Source: Balanoglossus misakiensis (lineage: Eukaryota > Animalia > Hemichordata). Taken from it: a DNA stretch of 64,000 nucleotides. Below, in pieces: positions 1 to 14,900 of the stretch; within the stretch, counting starts at the first letter, position 1; each line of letters starts with the position of its first letter. The position numbers and the translations under genes were made by a program. Location of the stretch: the NCBI GenBank assembly GCA_040954595.2, contig CM082588.2, positions 794,613-858,612 on the forward strand. Reading direction: 5' to 3'. The notes beneath the pieces are model-generated. The model did not search any database, was not told the DNA's origin, and saw only the letters and a program-made list of their open reading frames with translations.

Positions 1-220
1 TTTAGGGTATAAGCCTACAGTGTGAGTAAAATTAACAATGTCATCCACCATTAAAGGTACGTAAACGTTTTTGTACTGGTTAATTTGCAAACATTCAAAT
101 ATTTACATCTTCGGACTTGATTTTCCGCTATCAGAATACATGTATAATGCTTGTGGATTGGCCAAGACAAAGAGCTGACCGACATAAGCTAAAATCTGCA
201 ACCAATAGGCATCATCTTAC

Positions 221-1612
221 CATTCCCTCGTTGCTTGCTTAGCGTTTCCCTGGGAAAATGGACACTTTCTTTGAACAAATTGACCACTTCTTGAAGACGG
301 CCACTGTATGATCCCTTTATCGTCATCGGTCAGGTCAGAAGGGCATCTTGGTCCTCTTGGATCATTAACACAGGTGTCAGGACCGATCTGATCTCGTCCA
401 CCAGCTTTCAACAAAATTGTAAAGATGTACGCGTCACCACAGTTGGTCTTGCTGTGATCACAGTCATGCATTTTTCGTCCTTTTCTCAATCTACAACATC
501 CATTGCTTTAGATCATAACTGAAACAGTTTTTCCTTTGAACTTGTAAATCACAAACATAAGATTTTATGATTTTACTCACGAAATTGACAGATGAACTGC
601 ATCTTCTGCGCGCAACAGGCGTCATCCATCTTAAACTGGTCATCATCATTCTGGTTATCATTCCTATCAACAAAAAGAAGGGACCAGTGTTCAATGCCAC
701 CCCTCTCGAAAAGTTGAGAATAGAATATTCCAAAAGAATTGGCCCTGATTTTCGAGATGCTAACATTACACTTATAGCAGTTACACATCTAGTAAAGCAT
801 ATTATATTAGCTCATAGTTTCAGGTCTGGTGACTCAGACTGGTGGCTATAATATGTACATACCATAAGCGACAGCATCCTTCGGTTGTCATAGTATCAGC
901 GGTCGTTTGCTCCTCAGATGTATCGGAGCTGTTGCACACCGCATTATCTGGCTGTCCGTCTAACCATAACGAGTCGCCATCAGCAGTTGCGCCCCCAATC
1001 CACGCGAAGCCACTTCCGTCCGCCATTTTGTCGCAGCCAACCCAGAACCCTTTGACACTGCTGTGACTGAACCTATCGCTGTCTTTCAAGTGGTCTCGCA
1101 CGGCACTTGCGATCGTGGAGTTGGAAAGAACGGCCAAATTACCATCGAGACTAAATCGGTCTTGGTGCACCGTCTCACAAAACGCCTTAGCGTCACCCCA
1201 TCTTTCCTTCTGGAAACTTTCTGTGAATATTTGAAACGTGTCTTCTCCAATCCAGACCAGGTCTAAAAAGGCAATAATATCAAAATTTAGCAACAAATAA
1301 TTATAATAACTAAACGCAACTTATTCACGGATAATAATGACCACATTTGTCGGTGTGACGTCACTTGGATTCTTCTATGGTATAGAGAAGCTTGCCTGGT
1401 TTGACTATAAAAGTCATTCCGTTCATATCCTCACCTTGACAAAATATTTCATCCCTTGGAGGTGGACCTCCTCCTCTTCCTCCTCTTGGGGGAGGACCCT
1501 GGCCGCCAGATCCCCCTCCACTTGGGGGCGGGCCTTGTCCGCTCACTTCCAGCACTGTGACAAGAAGCAGTGCAATCAAGATAGCCACACCTGGGTACAG
1601 GAATTTCGCCAT
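221..1612 (-). CDS. 5' part of a secreted/membrane receptor gene: signal peptide, Gly/Pro-rich linker, C-type lectin domain and start of a hormone-receptor (HRM) domain; probably an adhesion GPCR; continues beyond the left edge
   Basis: Phase-consistent GT-AG exons 1612-1435, 1262-863, 663-581 and 404-221. Translation shows the signal peptide MAKFLYPGVAILIALLLVTVLEVSG, CTLD motifs (WGDAKAFC, FWVG, WLDGQPDN, MDDACCAQKMQFICQ) and HRM-like CPSDLTDDDKGIIQWPSSRSGQFVQRKCP...ATRE. The GAIN/7TM part is not visible, so the GPCR call is inference. Confidence 0.7.
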
Positions 1613-3318
1613 TTTATTCTAAAATCAAAATAACCCAGAAAATTTCACAAGGTTAGGTCGCAGTTTAGTTTATAATGAAACAACAGTGATCTCTTCGAAA
1701 CATTTCTTCTGAGATCCAACACGCGTCAAAGTAATACCACAGCCATAACCCGTGTGTCACTCCGGTATTTCGTTGGTATGAGTTGACCAAAGTTTAAACT
1801 CTGGGGCAGTCAATCATATTAAAGCAATGATTATATACGAGCAGGGATTCCCTCGATAAAGCCCCAATAGCTGTCACTTTTACCATATTTTATTGATAAA
1901 ATATTTTAACTTTCTCCTTAACTTGACTCTATTTTGACTTGTGGGGACTTTATTACCCGTGTGCTCAAACCATGAATGTACTCTTGCAATAGGCGCGCAA
2001 TCAAAAACGGGTGCGACACCCGTTTATTAGTATAGACATGGTCACTGAGTGTGGTACACAGCAGTCAACGCTTCATACACGGCGCTTAACTTCATCGGGC
2101 GCCTGTGTGCAGTTCAGCAAGCATTATAAACCCACACTGTGCTTTCATTGTATTCTCTCTGCTCTACTTATTTCACACAGGCCTTGCCCCATCATCGTGA
2201 TTAGAATTGTGCTACGGTGGCTTTTGCGTGACCCCAAATACGTCGAGAGGTCACGGCAGTCGACGTCGACCAATCATGGGCCTTATGTTAAGCATATATT
2301 TATAGTACAAGGCCAGCGTTGTCATAGATACCCAACATCGCAACTGCCATATTGTAATATCATTAAGCCGTATCCTCTTCAAAATATACCCATAAAATTA
2401 ATATTGATTTAGAAAACCTACAACATACAAAGCACAAAATATATATATTCATTCACGGCGTGGTTTCGCCTGCAACTGATCTGTGGAAATTTATAGGAAG
2501 TGTATGCGTATGAAAGTGTATACTGTATTGGGTGGAAGTCCTGAAAATACCAGCCACGCCCAAGATCTATTAGTGTCGGGGAGTTTAAAGTGATGATTAA
2601 GATCCGTAAGGATTGCTTGTATGAGGAAACGGAAGTGCGTTGTTGCGTGTTCTGTAACCTTCAAATTGGTGTTTTCATCTAAAGCGACAGTCGGAGAGAG
2701 CCACACCCAATATCGCTGAAAGGTGTAGTCCATTGTTGACTGATAATTTCGTCATGTTTTATTCCCCACCTAGCGGTAATCACAATGTTATGTACATCAC
2801 GAGGTTGTGACTATATAACGGGGCGTTGCAATAAATTTTTGAAGTGTTTTCCGCCAACTAGCCTTCATTTGTCCACATTTTGACCTGTGATTGTATGACC
2901 ATCAATCTTGACTGAAAACACCTTTTCAACGTTTTAAAGCTAGGAAAATTTTATACACGACTCTCCATAAGCGCCCTGTGGGTTTGTAAGGCGAATTTTC
3001 AGGAAAATACCACGAGAAAATGTTGCATATGAGTAAAACTCATATACTTATTTTATACCACTAGCAATTTAATCTGCATCATTTCCCATTTCTAATGTAC
3101 AAAAAATAATCTCTCCAGATCTGAACAAAATGAAGGGGTTTGTGTTTTCAAATTCAATATTCATGTTATTGTGAGGAAATAAAATTGAAATGGTAATATG
3201 ACACTGTTAAGAATATCAAGGCAGACGAGTCTCTGCCCAGGGTTCCAGAACATTTCGTCTCGTATTAAAACTATGCAGAGCCCATCCTTCAGAGCTATAA
3301 AATGGTCGTATCACTTAC

Positions 3319-3395
3319 CGTGGTCCAAGGCTGTCTGTCGAACTGCGATGTCACGTAGATTTGAAATCCGAACTAAATTTGTGCTGTTTCGTTGC
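3319..3395 (-). other. Possible non-coding 5' UTR exon of the adhesion-GPCR-like gene
   Basis: Strong minus-strand donor CACG|GTAAGT at 3319/3318. The ATG at 1612 is preceded 6 nt upstream by an acceptor-like TTTTGATTTTAG. The upstream boundary of the exon is uncertain. Confidence 0.3.
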
Positions 3396-4212
3396 TGGCA
3401 GAAATAGGTCTACTCTGTCTTGTCGCCAAACGTTCTGCGCCTATCCAACAAGTGGGTGAAAATGTAAAGGCCAACGCCCGCTTGTTCTGACAACCTCAGT
3501 ACGCGCGATATATGCGCGTTATCACTCCGAGCTGAGAGTGAGATGTTTTGCAAAACGTGAAGGTCGGTATATGCCTGGTTCGTGCAGGGTCAAACGGCGT
3601 ATATATGCCAATGACTCATTCTAAACTCTCGATGTTATTGGTGCTTTACGTGATCACATGCAGTCGTATAATGAAGTCGTGTGTGTGCAGCCGGACCAGT
3701 CCACTGCGAAAAAGGGAAGGAGAAAATATTTGGTTCAGTGTGGTCTGCTTTTGTGTGGTCACAAACCTCGTAGGTTTTTTTGTTTCCCAACTTATAACAG
3801 CTGTTATCTTCAAACTCCTCATATCTATGCCGGTTTCTAACATATTTTGAAGGAAAAAGTCGAAGTTAATCTCATGCGATTATCCCGCTTCTCCCCACAA
3901 CCTATTTTTTGATGAAAGTAGAATGCGTTTGGTTCAAAAATAAAATAGGTTGAAAAGGAGATGAGTTTTATTGAAATGTCTTCTCCCAACAACATGAAAA
4001 CTATTGTACCGATGTTTATCGTGTGTGACCTACGCCTTGAGTTGAAGGATATTATTTTCGCATTGTTATAGCATTGGGCGTCAATTTACCAAACATATAC
4101 TCTTAGCCTTTGCCCAAAGGTAAGCTTAGTGCTTGTGAAGAGGAATTATTCTCTAGTAGTGTTGACGCCCGCAGTACAGGTGAGAATCCACCTAAATACG
4201 ATGCCCATTTCA

Positions 4213-4281
4213 GTTTTCCCTCTCATCTTCCCTCTCTCCCTCCCCATCCCTCTGTCCTTCCCTCCTCTCTCCCTCCTCCCT
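4213..4281. repeat. Low-complexity C/T-rich (polypyrimidine) tract
   Basis: Almost purely CCCT/CTCT sequence over ~70 bp. Confidence 0.7.
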
Positions 4282-6605
4282 GTGATGGAAAATAAACACA
4301 AACAAAACAGTTAATAGTCAGAAATGTTAAAAGGACGAATGCCAAGGTCCGGAGAGAAAGATAAATGTTTGCCGAAAACAAGATTAGAATGTGCTGGAGG
4401 GCATAGATGTCCCTCAGCTATTCATTAAGATTTGATGATGTCTTCTATTTCATACATTTTTTTTATTTCACACGATACTTAGTCTTATACTGAATCGCGA
4501 TTCCTGAGGGAATTGCAAGATTAAAATTTACACACACAACGACAAAAGATGCCGCTCAACCGATCATAACCCTTGTATTCATCACCAATGACAACAAGAG
4601 TACACATCAATAAATATTTGCAACCAATAAAGTCGACTTCGTGGAATTTTTTTCAACTGCGTGTCAGCATTTAATAAATGCGACTAGTTCCTGTCACTGG
4701 TGTGTCAGAATTTGTACGGAAATAACATTCATTTGATGAAATGGGAAATGACGCATCAAAACACAAACAGTTTAGTCGAAGATATTGCAGATAATCAACT
4801 CTGCGCACAGGTTGTTATTCTTCTGAAGACATCCCAAATTTTGACTAGAAATCCACCAAAAATGCGTCAATTATTTTAGTGTACGTGGTTGATGATGTTT
4901 TGAACGTGGGCCAGACCCCCGTCTGAAAATCATAGTGGGAGTACCCATTGAGGGTGACCAGGTGTTTCAGCAATCGATCAACTGGCAGTGCACGGATCGG
5001 ACACAATACTGGTACAACAGACTTGTTATGCCACCTGTCATTCTAGCCTTTCAACGGAGGCCAATTGCAATGCCGATCACACCTGTCTTTCTGCCCCAGC
5101 TTTGAAAGTTCGTCACGGTTATCGCACGCCCTTGTCCTTCTCTCATTAAACAGATACCACGGTCGATTATTGTGCCTATCGATGTCAACCATGAATGTTC
5201 AGGAGATATGATTGATATTTCTACTTATAGATTCAAAATTCTACGCTGTGTTATAGAATTCAATGACGTTTAAGATGATAATCGCCAGCAGAGTGCAAAG
5301 TAATACGTTTAACACTAAAATCAAACATCGCCGATAGAGGGCTCACTGTCTGACATGCGCCAACTACGTTGAGACATCCAAAAAACGTGACTGCTCCGTT
5401 GAGCCCTGACCATGCTATCTGTGATGCGTTCTTCTGGGATAAAGTGCGGCAAATAAAAAAAAAAACAATAAATATATTTGAAATACACTTTATGAACAGC
5501 CAATGTACATCATAGAGTATTGCTTCATATAATCATAATACTGTATATATCACTGTACAACAATTAAGTGTGACTCCATGCTGTATAAAATCTTACCCAG
5601 ACTTTTTTACTGGTTTTGCAAAACAGTTCAGTTTCTGTAAAACAAACTTTTCTGATGCTTGACTAATCCAAAATTAAAGCACAAGATATCAGTTCACAGT
5701 TTCAATATTTTATAAGTTTGAACAGACCTAAATGATTCACTGTAAATATTCGAAGCCACCTTCTATATTACACTTCAACTATTGCACAATGGATAAAACA
5801 TGTAGCATGTCACAAAAAGTAAATAACAGTAGCTCTAGCTCTCTTGGACACATACTGGCCACTCTCGAGATTAAATTCCCTAGCTGAAGATATTATTTGA
5901 AGCACTGTACATCAATTCTTAAGAGTTACTTAATACGTAGAAAATCTAAAAGTTTACAATACTCAAATAACTCCAAACATTTCAGTGCAATGTGTACAGT
6001 GCTCTCATGCACAGCTTTATCAAATACTGATCGACGTTGTTTGGCAGTGATAGTGTCATTCGATCAAAAATGAATGCCATGACTGCAATGAAGAAAAGCT
6101 TCTCCATCTTTCAGAAGTCTTTCTGAGATCTTAAGTCCTAACTGCGAGAGACTTGCCAATGGAAAAGTGTTCCTTACTCCAGCATCTGGGGTCCATGTGT
6201 TCCCATGAAACAGCCTGGGCGACGTGCGCCCTCTATGGCAATATCACAAATTACTAGTATACTGAGTTGCCTTGGAAAAATTTACATTCTCAAAGTGACA
6301 AAAAGAACTCAAACTAACCTGTATTTTTTTAAGGGTACATTGGCCATGATATACACACAAAGAAAGAACTAATGTTACATAAGTAGTATTTTCTGTAAAT
6401 AAATAAAAAACAATAATAAAATACATCAGTCAGACATGCATGTTTTTCTTTAAGTTTCACTACCATGTAGATATTTTGCAAATGTGCGTTGGCTTTATAC
6501 ACCACTGTATTTGACAGCACTGATCAGCTTTTCTTGTGACCTTTGCCCTAAGTTGACACAGACACAAGAAGGTCAAAGTGCATATCATAGATGCAGCAGG
6601 TCACC

Positions 6606-7762
<1,157 letters not shown>

Positions 7763-8060
7763 CCCTATTAGCTGGCGGTAAGGTGAGAACGCGTTTACAA
7801 AAGCAGTGATTTCCCACGATGGTTGAAATTGACAACACCAATCTGGGTTCCTATTGGTCGAAGAAGCGATGTAAATTTCACTCTTTCTCCGACAAGACGT
7901 AATCGTAGATTATCTGCAAATGGTTCGACTGTAATCTGAGAGTTGTTGTTAACCCATCTGAACACGGGTATATCTGACAATTTGTAAACAAGGCAGCTAC
8001 ACTCTGTTTTTGAACCGAGTCAATGCGTTCCTTCCTGGAAGATTAAAGAAGATATTCCGT

Positions 8061-8117
8061 ACGCATGCGCCAACACAAAGGGATTTCCTCGTGACGTCTT
8101 CATTTGACCTTTGACCT
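8061..8117. promoter_or_regulatory. Motif cluster upstream of RCAN (NRF1-like, Rel/NFAT-like, CRE-like, DR1)
   Basis: ACGCATGCGC 8061-8070, GGGATTTCC 8080-8088, GTGACGTC 8091-8098 and TGACCTTTGACCT (perfect DR1) 8105-8117, all 300-355 bp upstream of the ATG. Motif matches only. Confidence 0.4.
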
Positions 8118-8901
8118 GATGAGGATTACCCCGAAGCCAAAAACTCAATGTGTTTTCATCTTTTCGAAGGCAACAGAAAAATAGATGTTATGTATCGTCA
8201 ACAACAGTGACATTTCTAAAGGTGTTCGGCAATAAAAAGGAATATGGTTCTTTAAAGTTGAAAGATACTCATTTTCACTGGATATGTATTCCTTTTTCCT
8301 TTTTCACAAGAGACAATCGTGGAGGCCAGGTTGACCCTGGGCCTCATAAATAAACCAAACTTGCAGAAAACACAGAGAAGGGAATTATTCTTATTTTAAT
8401 AAAATTCTTTCAGATAATTTAAGGTCAATTGATACAATTAACACATTTCAACCAAACCTTCTATTGTATATGACCTTCATTCTATTTGGATGTTTTTATA
8501 CTGTAGCTGATCATGGTCAGATGACACCAGACACTTACATCACTAATTTATATTGGCCATTCTGAATGTTTTCAAGAGAATTTGGATGTGCATATAGAAC
8601 AGTAATCTAGTAAACAAATTTCCTGTTAGATAAATGTATGGCTTTCTTGGTAGTTGTAAGACACACTTTTCCTGTTATAACTAAAAAGAAACATACAAAT
8701 TGTTCTTCAAATGCTTCAGTAATAATTTCATTCTAGAATAGCAAACAACCACAAAGCGTTGCAATTTTTTGGGAGTTCATAGCAGTGGCCTTTGAAGTTC
8801 TGACAACATTCCCATTTCTTCTTTTCAAATTTTACACTGCACAAGATTCATTTTCACATATATTCACAGAGTTGTAATCTTCTTGGCAGTCTTCAACTTC
8901 A

Positions 8902-11900
8902 TTAAAATAAGTTTCTGCACAAAGGACATGTTGATTGGTTGCTGGTACTGAACCATTTGTACTGCAAAAAAAATGAAAAACACATTTACTGTTGACTTGT
9001 AAGAGCTCTGATTTTCTTCATTTTCCATTAAAAACTTACTTATATGCAGACAACCACATTATTCTTTCATCAAAGGCATCTGTTCTGATTTCAAATGTGA
9101 CAAAATTATTAGAAGAAACGTACTTACCAGACACTCAGAATGGAATTTTTTCTTACACGTCCGACAAGTCAGTCTCGGCAGTGAACAGTTACTTCCATGG
9201 ATCACAGAGAAACATATCATACAATCCTCTAGTCCTTCAAACCGTTTGTCAACATTACGTTTCCATAGAAGCAATCCATCAAGAATTGAACCATTCTGTG
9301 AAATATAAGGAAACAAATCTCAAGCATTTGTTTCTCATTACTGTTTCCAGAAAATGAAACAATCACAAGTCTATCAGGGAGCTACACCTTCTACATTCAA
9401 CTCATTAGTGTGATGTGTCTGCTACTATCCTACAAATCTCTGCATGAAACAATCTCAATCATGTTTGAAGCGATGGAATATTTCCTACCTGATGAACTAA
9501 GAATGTTGTCAACTGTAGCATCCAATTTCTCCACTGTGCCGTCTTCACGCCAATTTTCTTGCCACTGTCCACCGTCACAATTCCAAGCGGGTGATTCTGC
9601 GGCAACTGGATGACTAATTCCACAGACACTTCCTCTGATAATTCCATGGTGTACGTGGCGATGACCTCTCTGGTTACCGGCCGACCTTTGACCGACATGT
9701 TTTCCATTGTGTGTTCCGTGTTCTGAACTGCTTGGATTTCTTGTGAACACAACAGAGGACTGACATACTTGGTTGTAAAACTGACATGAGAAATGAAAAC
9801 AGACAAAATACAGATTTTATCAGAGATCATGCCTTCTAAATTTTGAGTCAGTCTTCACCCAAAACAGCTTGAATTAAACACATTAAGACAGCAGATGTTT
9901 GACTTACTTATCAACATAAGATGCAACTCGTTTATCTTGTCCGTTCCACCATTGTCTAACCATGGCTGGTACGTCCTCTAATGTACTATAGTAGACTGAA
10001 CAACATAGATGACGGATTTCCGACGGTGATTGGGCTATGGAGAGAAGTTCGGTACATTCAGAATTAATACAGTGACTAAATTTAGTTACTTTTGGTTAAG
10101 CTTGTGTGGGTTTCATGTATTGCAATACAAGGAGATAACAGCAAGTTAAGATTAAGACTCAACAGTTTTTAACAAATCTATAGAATATTCTCACTGTACA
10201 CCTACCTTTATTTTTCAGGTCTATTTGTGACATAATGAACATATTCTTTGAGGAGCTCTTGTCACTTGTAACTGGAAGTTCTGGCATCAGACGGAATAGA
10301 TTATCCAGTAGACTGTGCACCATTTTGTGTTTGCGGAAATAGGCAGCGTATCCTGCCCTCAACTGGTGGAACAGAAAATGAAGAAAGCATTGAAAAAATT
10401 GGCTAAACCAAACCCTGTATAATCTGAAATCCTGTCTATACCAAACACAAAGCCACATGTTAAAAGAACCTTTATAAACCAGACACCTCTATATACTGGA
10501 CAATCTCTCCAGTCCTGTTGGTGTCCAGTTTAGACAGGTTTCACTGCACTGACCTCAGCACTGGCACCTTTGAAGAATGCCAGCAGCAGTTTCCATGACA
10601 ACAGGTAAGCCAATGTGTAATGATAGGCATCACTGTAACCCTTGACGATGACACTCTCACCGACCCGAATGCCAGATAAGATTCCGTCCACATAGGCGGA
10701 AGTCAGATTATAGACATCCATCAAAGCAGCTGGTGGTGGTCTGTGTGGGATTGTGATAACAAAATTCAAAGTTGAGGATAGGGTTAGAAGTTTCCACATC
10801 TTCCCTTTTCTCTTTTCAATGTAGAAATAGTAAGGAGCCTTTTTTCAAAGAAGAATTATACAGTTCAGATACTTTGGTAGCCATTTTACCAGAAAAAAAC
10901 TTGTTCTACTCACAATGTATTTTCTTCCTTTACTTCATCTTGCTTTGTCTCATTTTCATCATATTCTGGTAACTCTGGCATCAGTCTGAAATTTCAAGAA
11001 ACGTTTAAAAAATCTTACACACTAATATTTACACATTTGTAACCAGCAGTGGTGTGCCAAGATTGACTAACATCTTGATATATATCAGTTCAAAATCAAG
11101 AAAATTACAATCAATGGTAGTTATAAATAAAGTTGACTCACTTGAGTAATAATGTATATGCTGTCAGTTGTACAACTTTGTTCTGAGCCATCACCATCGG
11201 ACAAAGATGATTCAACAGAGATTGGATGTTGTCCGGCATATGTGATGGACTATCTGCTCTTAACTTGACAGCAATTTGAGAAGATTTCATCTGATCTGCT
11301 AAGATCTTGACCAATGCTTCACATAGGGACTGTAACAGCAGGCCTTCAATGTTCAGTTGATCTGTCTTTGACAAATTACCTACAGGGATTGGCAACGAAC
11401 AAAATTCATTAACACTCTTCTTATAGCATATGATTGAGAAAACACTCCAGTCTTTTATGTTTAGCTGATGGACAACCCCCTTTTGGGTTTGTGGAGATTC
11501 TGATACTGATCTGCGCATGCAACGATGGTCGTGTACTCTTGCAATGAAAGGCTGAATAAACAGGCTCCTTGCAACTGTATTACAAATGAAAAGACCAAAG
11601 TGGAAAGTAAGCATATAAAACCCAAGAATACATGTGTGTTAACAAGAACATTAATGAAGAGTTATGACACTTGATATTGAAGTAAACAATTCCTCGATTC
11701 TGAAAAGATTTCTCACCTGCAATTTCAATGAAAGTCGGAAACATAGTTGTGAAGGCACTTTCACTGAAGAATTCCCGCCATTCCGTCCGCTGTGTGATTG
11801 TTAAAACACTGGAATCACAGGTGATGTAGTCACTAATGACATCTAAGCAGTCAAACACTGAACGGCAGAATACTTGGGTTGAAGTGGATGGGTTGCTTCT

Positions 11901-14900
11901 CAGGCTGTCACAACAACTCTGACAGAGAAAACAAAGATAGATCGAGTGACTAACGGTGATTGGAAGGTGACTTCTGTAGACGGAGAAAAACACATAGTTT
12001 TAATGATTGCCAGAGACCATTTTTACTTAGTAGAAAAATTAATTTAGCTGCAAAAAATGCTGTTGTGAAAAATGAACTTTGTGCAGCTGTGTTATGAAAA
12101 GTGGAAAGGAAATTAAAGTAATCATGAGGTATAACTAAGTACAGAGTAGAGTCATGGATACTCTCCATCTCTAATATGGAGGCGGCCATGTTTTCTCATT
12201 AGTATTTGACTATTTACATATGAGTGGGGTTTGAACCTTACCTGTATCCAAGAAACAACACTACACATCACAAAATCCCAGTGAGTTGTAGCAATCAGAC
12301 TTGGCTGTCTTATAACACAGTTTGTTATCAGTTGTATCACTTCTATATTCAAACTGACTATGCTGAATTCAATCCCATTCACATTACTGGTGGCAAGAGA
12401 AAAACAGAATGCTTTAAAATTAATTTCTTTTATGTTATCATGGGTCACAACTCACTTTGACCACCAAAATAGTATAATTGCATTCTGTATGCTGTGCTTG
12501 TAGTATTTGAACAACAGGGACATCAACAGCGTGTTCAAGTCAACGATAGAATGTTTGAGGGAATTGTACACGAATGAAATCTTGAAACACTGTCTCACCA
12601 TCCAAAGAGATAAATCTGTTCTTCTCTCAGGGAACTCAACAGATCCATAACACTGGATAACAGTTGTGATGTTTCTGCGTTGCATGCAAGACACTTGTTC
12701 AGTATTGCCAAAGCGCCAAGACCTCCTAGACAGTGGAAATAAAATAGAGGTCAGTATCCATCAGAACAATAACTGATACTTGCAGATACGGAACCACAGC
12801 ATACATACACATAAATAAATACACATATCCTTCTTTTTCTTACAGACTCTCTGAAAAGTCAACTTTGCAAGACACATTACGCAAGTTGGTCAGACACATG
12901 TAAGGACTGAATTTCAGTCACCCTTACCTGTTACTGTACACATACTGTCTCCCGTACTGGTAATTAACCTTGCAGTGTTGATCTCAGCCAACTGAAGAAC
13001 ATACTCCAAGTTCAGATGAGGTATTATGCACTGAAGTGTATGAAGACTGCTCTCATCAAGTATAGCGAATCTAAGGACACAAATAAAGAAGTCAAAATTA
13101 TTATGAAAATTTGTATAACCTTTTATCCTTCATCTTTAGACAAGATTACTATGATGTTCCTTTAGTATGAGTTCTGAAAATCTAAATGTTTGGATTTCTA
13201 AAGTGTCTGCAATGTTCACAAATTTAATTTTTGAAAATCAGAATTGATGCTTAGGTTGACAAACCTGTCAAGAGATCCCGCAGTCTGTATGATGTCTTGG
13301 TCTAATGTGATTCCTGATTTTCTACTCTGAGAGAGGAGATACCCTGCAGACATCGACCAGAGGTTTCCAAATTCTAGAGACCTAAATAAATAAAAGATGG
13401 GTGACAACTTATTAAAAATCCAGTTGAGGGGATTTGAGCGGCATTTGAGGGGATTGGAGGTAATTAAATATGCACATATGCACATATCTATCTCCAGGCG
13501 AACCAATAGGGCTAGTAGTGTCTCGAAACCCGCTTATTTTTGAAATACAATTTACCTCTCTACTGCATAGGAAAGCATCATTTCCCAATGGCCAGGTTTC
13601 AACATTGTCAACAGCTCAGTGAAATTTGAATTTAGCATCTCATAGGACTTGCAGATTTCTTGAAGTGTAGAAGGCATTCCTTTCAGATCCTGAATAAAAA
13701 TACAAAGTAGATAAAGTGGCCACATTCTGGAAAGACACGTGTACCAGTAACACAGACAAATAACTTTCACACAAAAGGACTATTTCTCATCATTTTTACT
13801 GTAACCTTTGGAAATCCGACCAAAGCCTTACCATGTTTTCATCAGCACACAGCCCCAGGATCGCTCTGCACCAAGTCAGTCCATACACACACTCCAAGAC
13901 ATCACTCGAAAAATCACCAACATCAATTCCGAAACCAGGCTTGTTCATGTCTATCTCAGCGATGATTTCGCGCAAGACATCTGCGTCCAAGTCTCCATCT
14001 TGAACAAAATCTTCTGTCTTGTTTCCATGACAACAATTTCTCAATGCGGTGGATAGAAATATGCTCAGTAAAACGTGCCTTGGTATCGTGGCGCTGCACG
14101 ATGTGGAGGATTCTGGGATATTGGAAAAGGTCATGACCCTGCTCATAGCAACACAAGATTTCCACTGAAAAAGAAAACAAGGAAAGATAGTTTAATGTGT
14201 CATCCAAAAGCATCTATTCGCAAAGTTTTGCTTAAATCCTGTTTATACTTCATGATCATTTGATATATATTTTAAACTCACTCTCCCAAAGTATGGAAAT
14301 AGCTGTCATGATTTTGAATGGCACAATGTGTGAAAGAGTAACACTGGACCGGTACGTACGTTGTCTGGCAACTGTTGTCTGTGTTGTTGCCAGTCACTAG
14401 TGTCTGGAATCATCAACTTGAACAAAGACTGAACTGCAGAATTTCCACTGTCACCACTATCATCATCTTCATCCACTGGAAGACTATTTCTCACAATCTC
14501 ACAAAGTTCAATGCCAGACTCAGCCAAAGACTTCATGCTGAAAAATTTAGAAAAGGGTACAATATGGTTAAAATGTGATGTTGTTTTTAAATACCGATCA
14601 AGGTTCCCCAATATTCTCATGATACATGAATAAAATTTTTCTCGATCTGCACACTGTAATACCACAATGATATAAAGTCCACAGGTACCTGTTTGGTGTT
14701 GAACTTTGCAATACAGACTGTTTGATCCATGATGCAGCTTTGCTTAGAAATCCAGAGTCATTCAGAAATCCGCCTCTCTGTGTGATCAAAGATTGAGTCC
14801 CAGCATGCCAAGTTTCTTTCAACTTTTTGATCACAGGATCTGAAAGTAGAAACAAAAATGTCAGAAACCATAGCTACACGTCATTGCAGACCTCAGAAGA

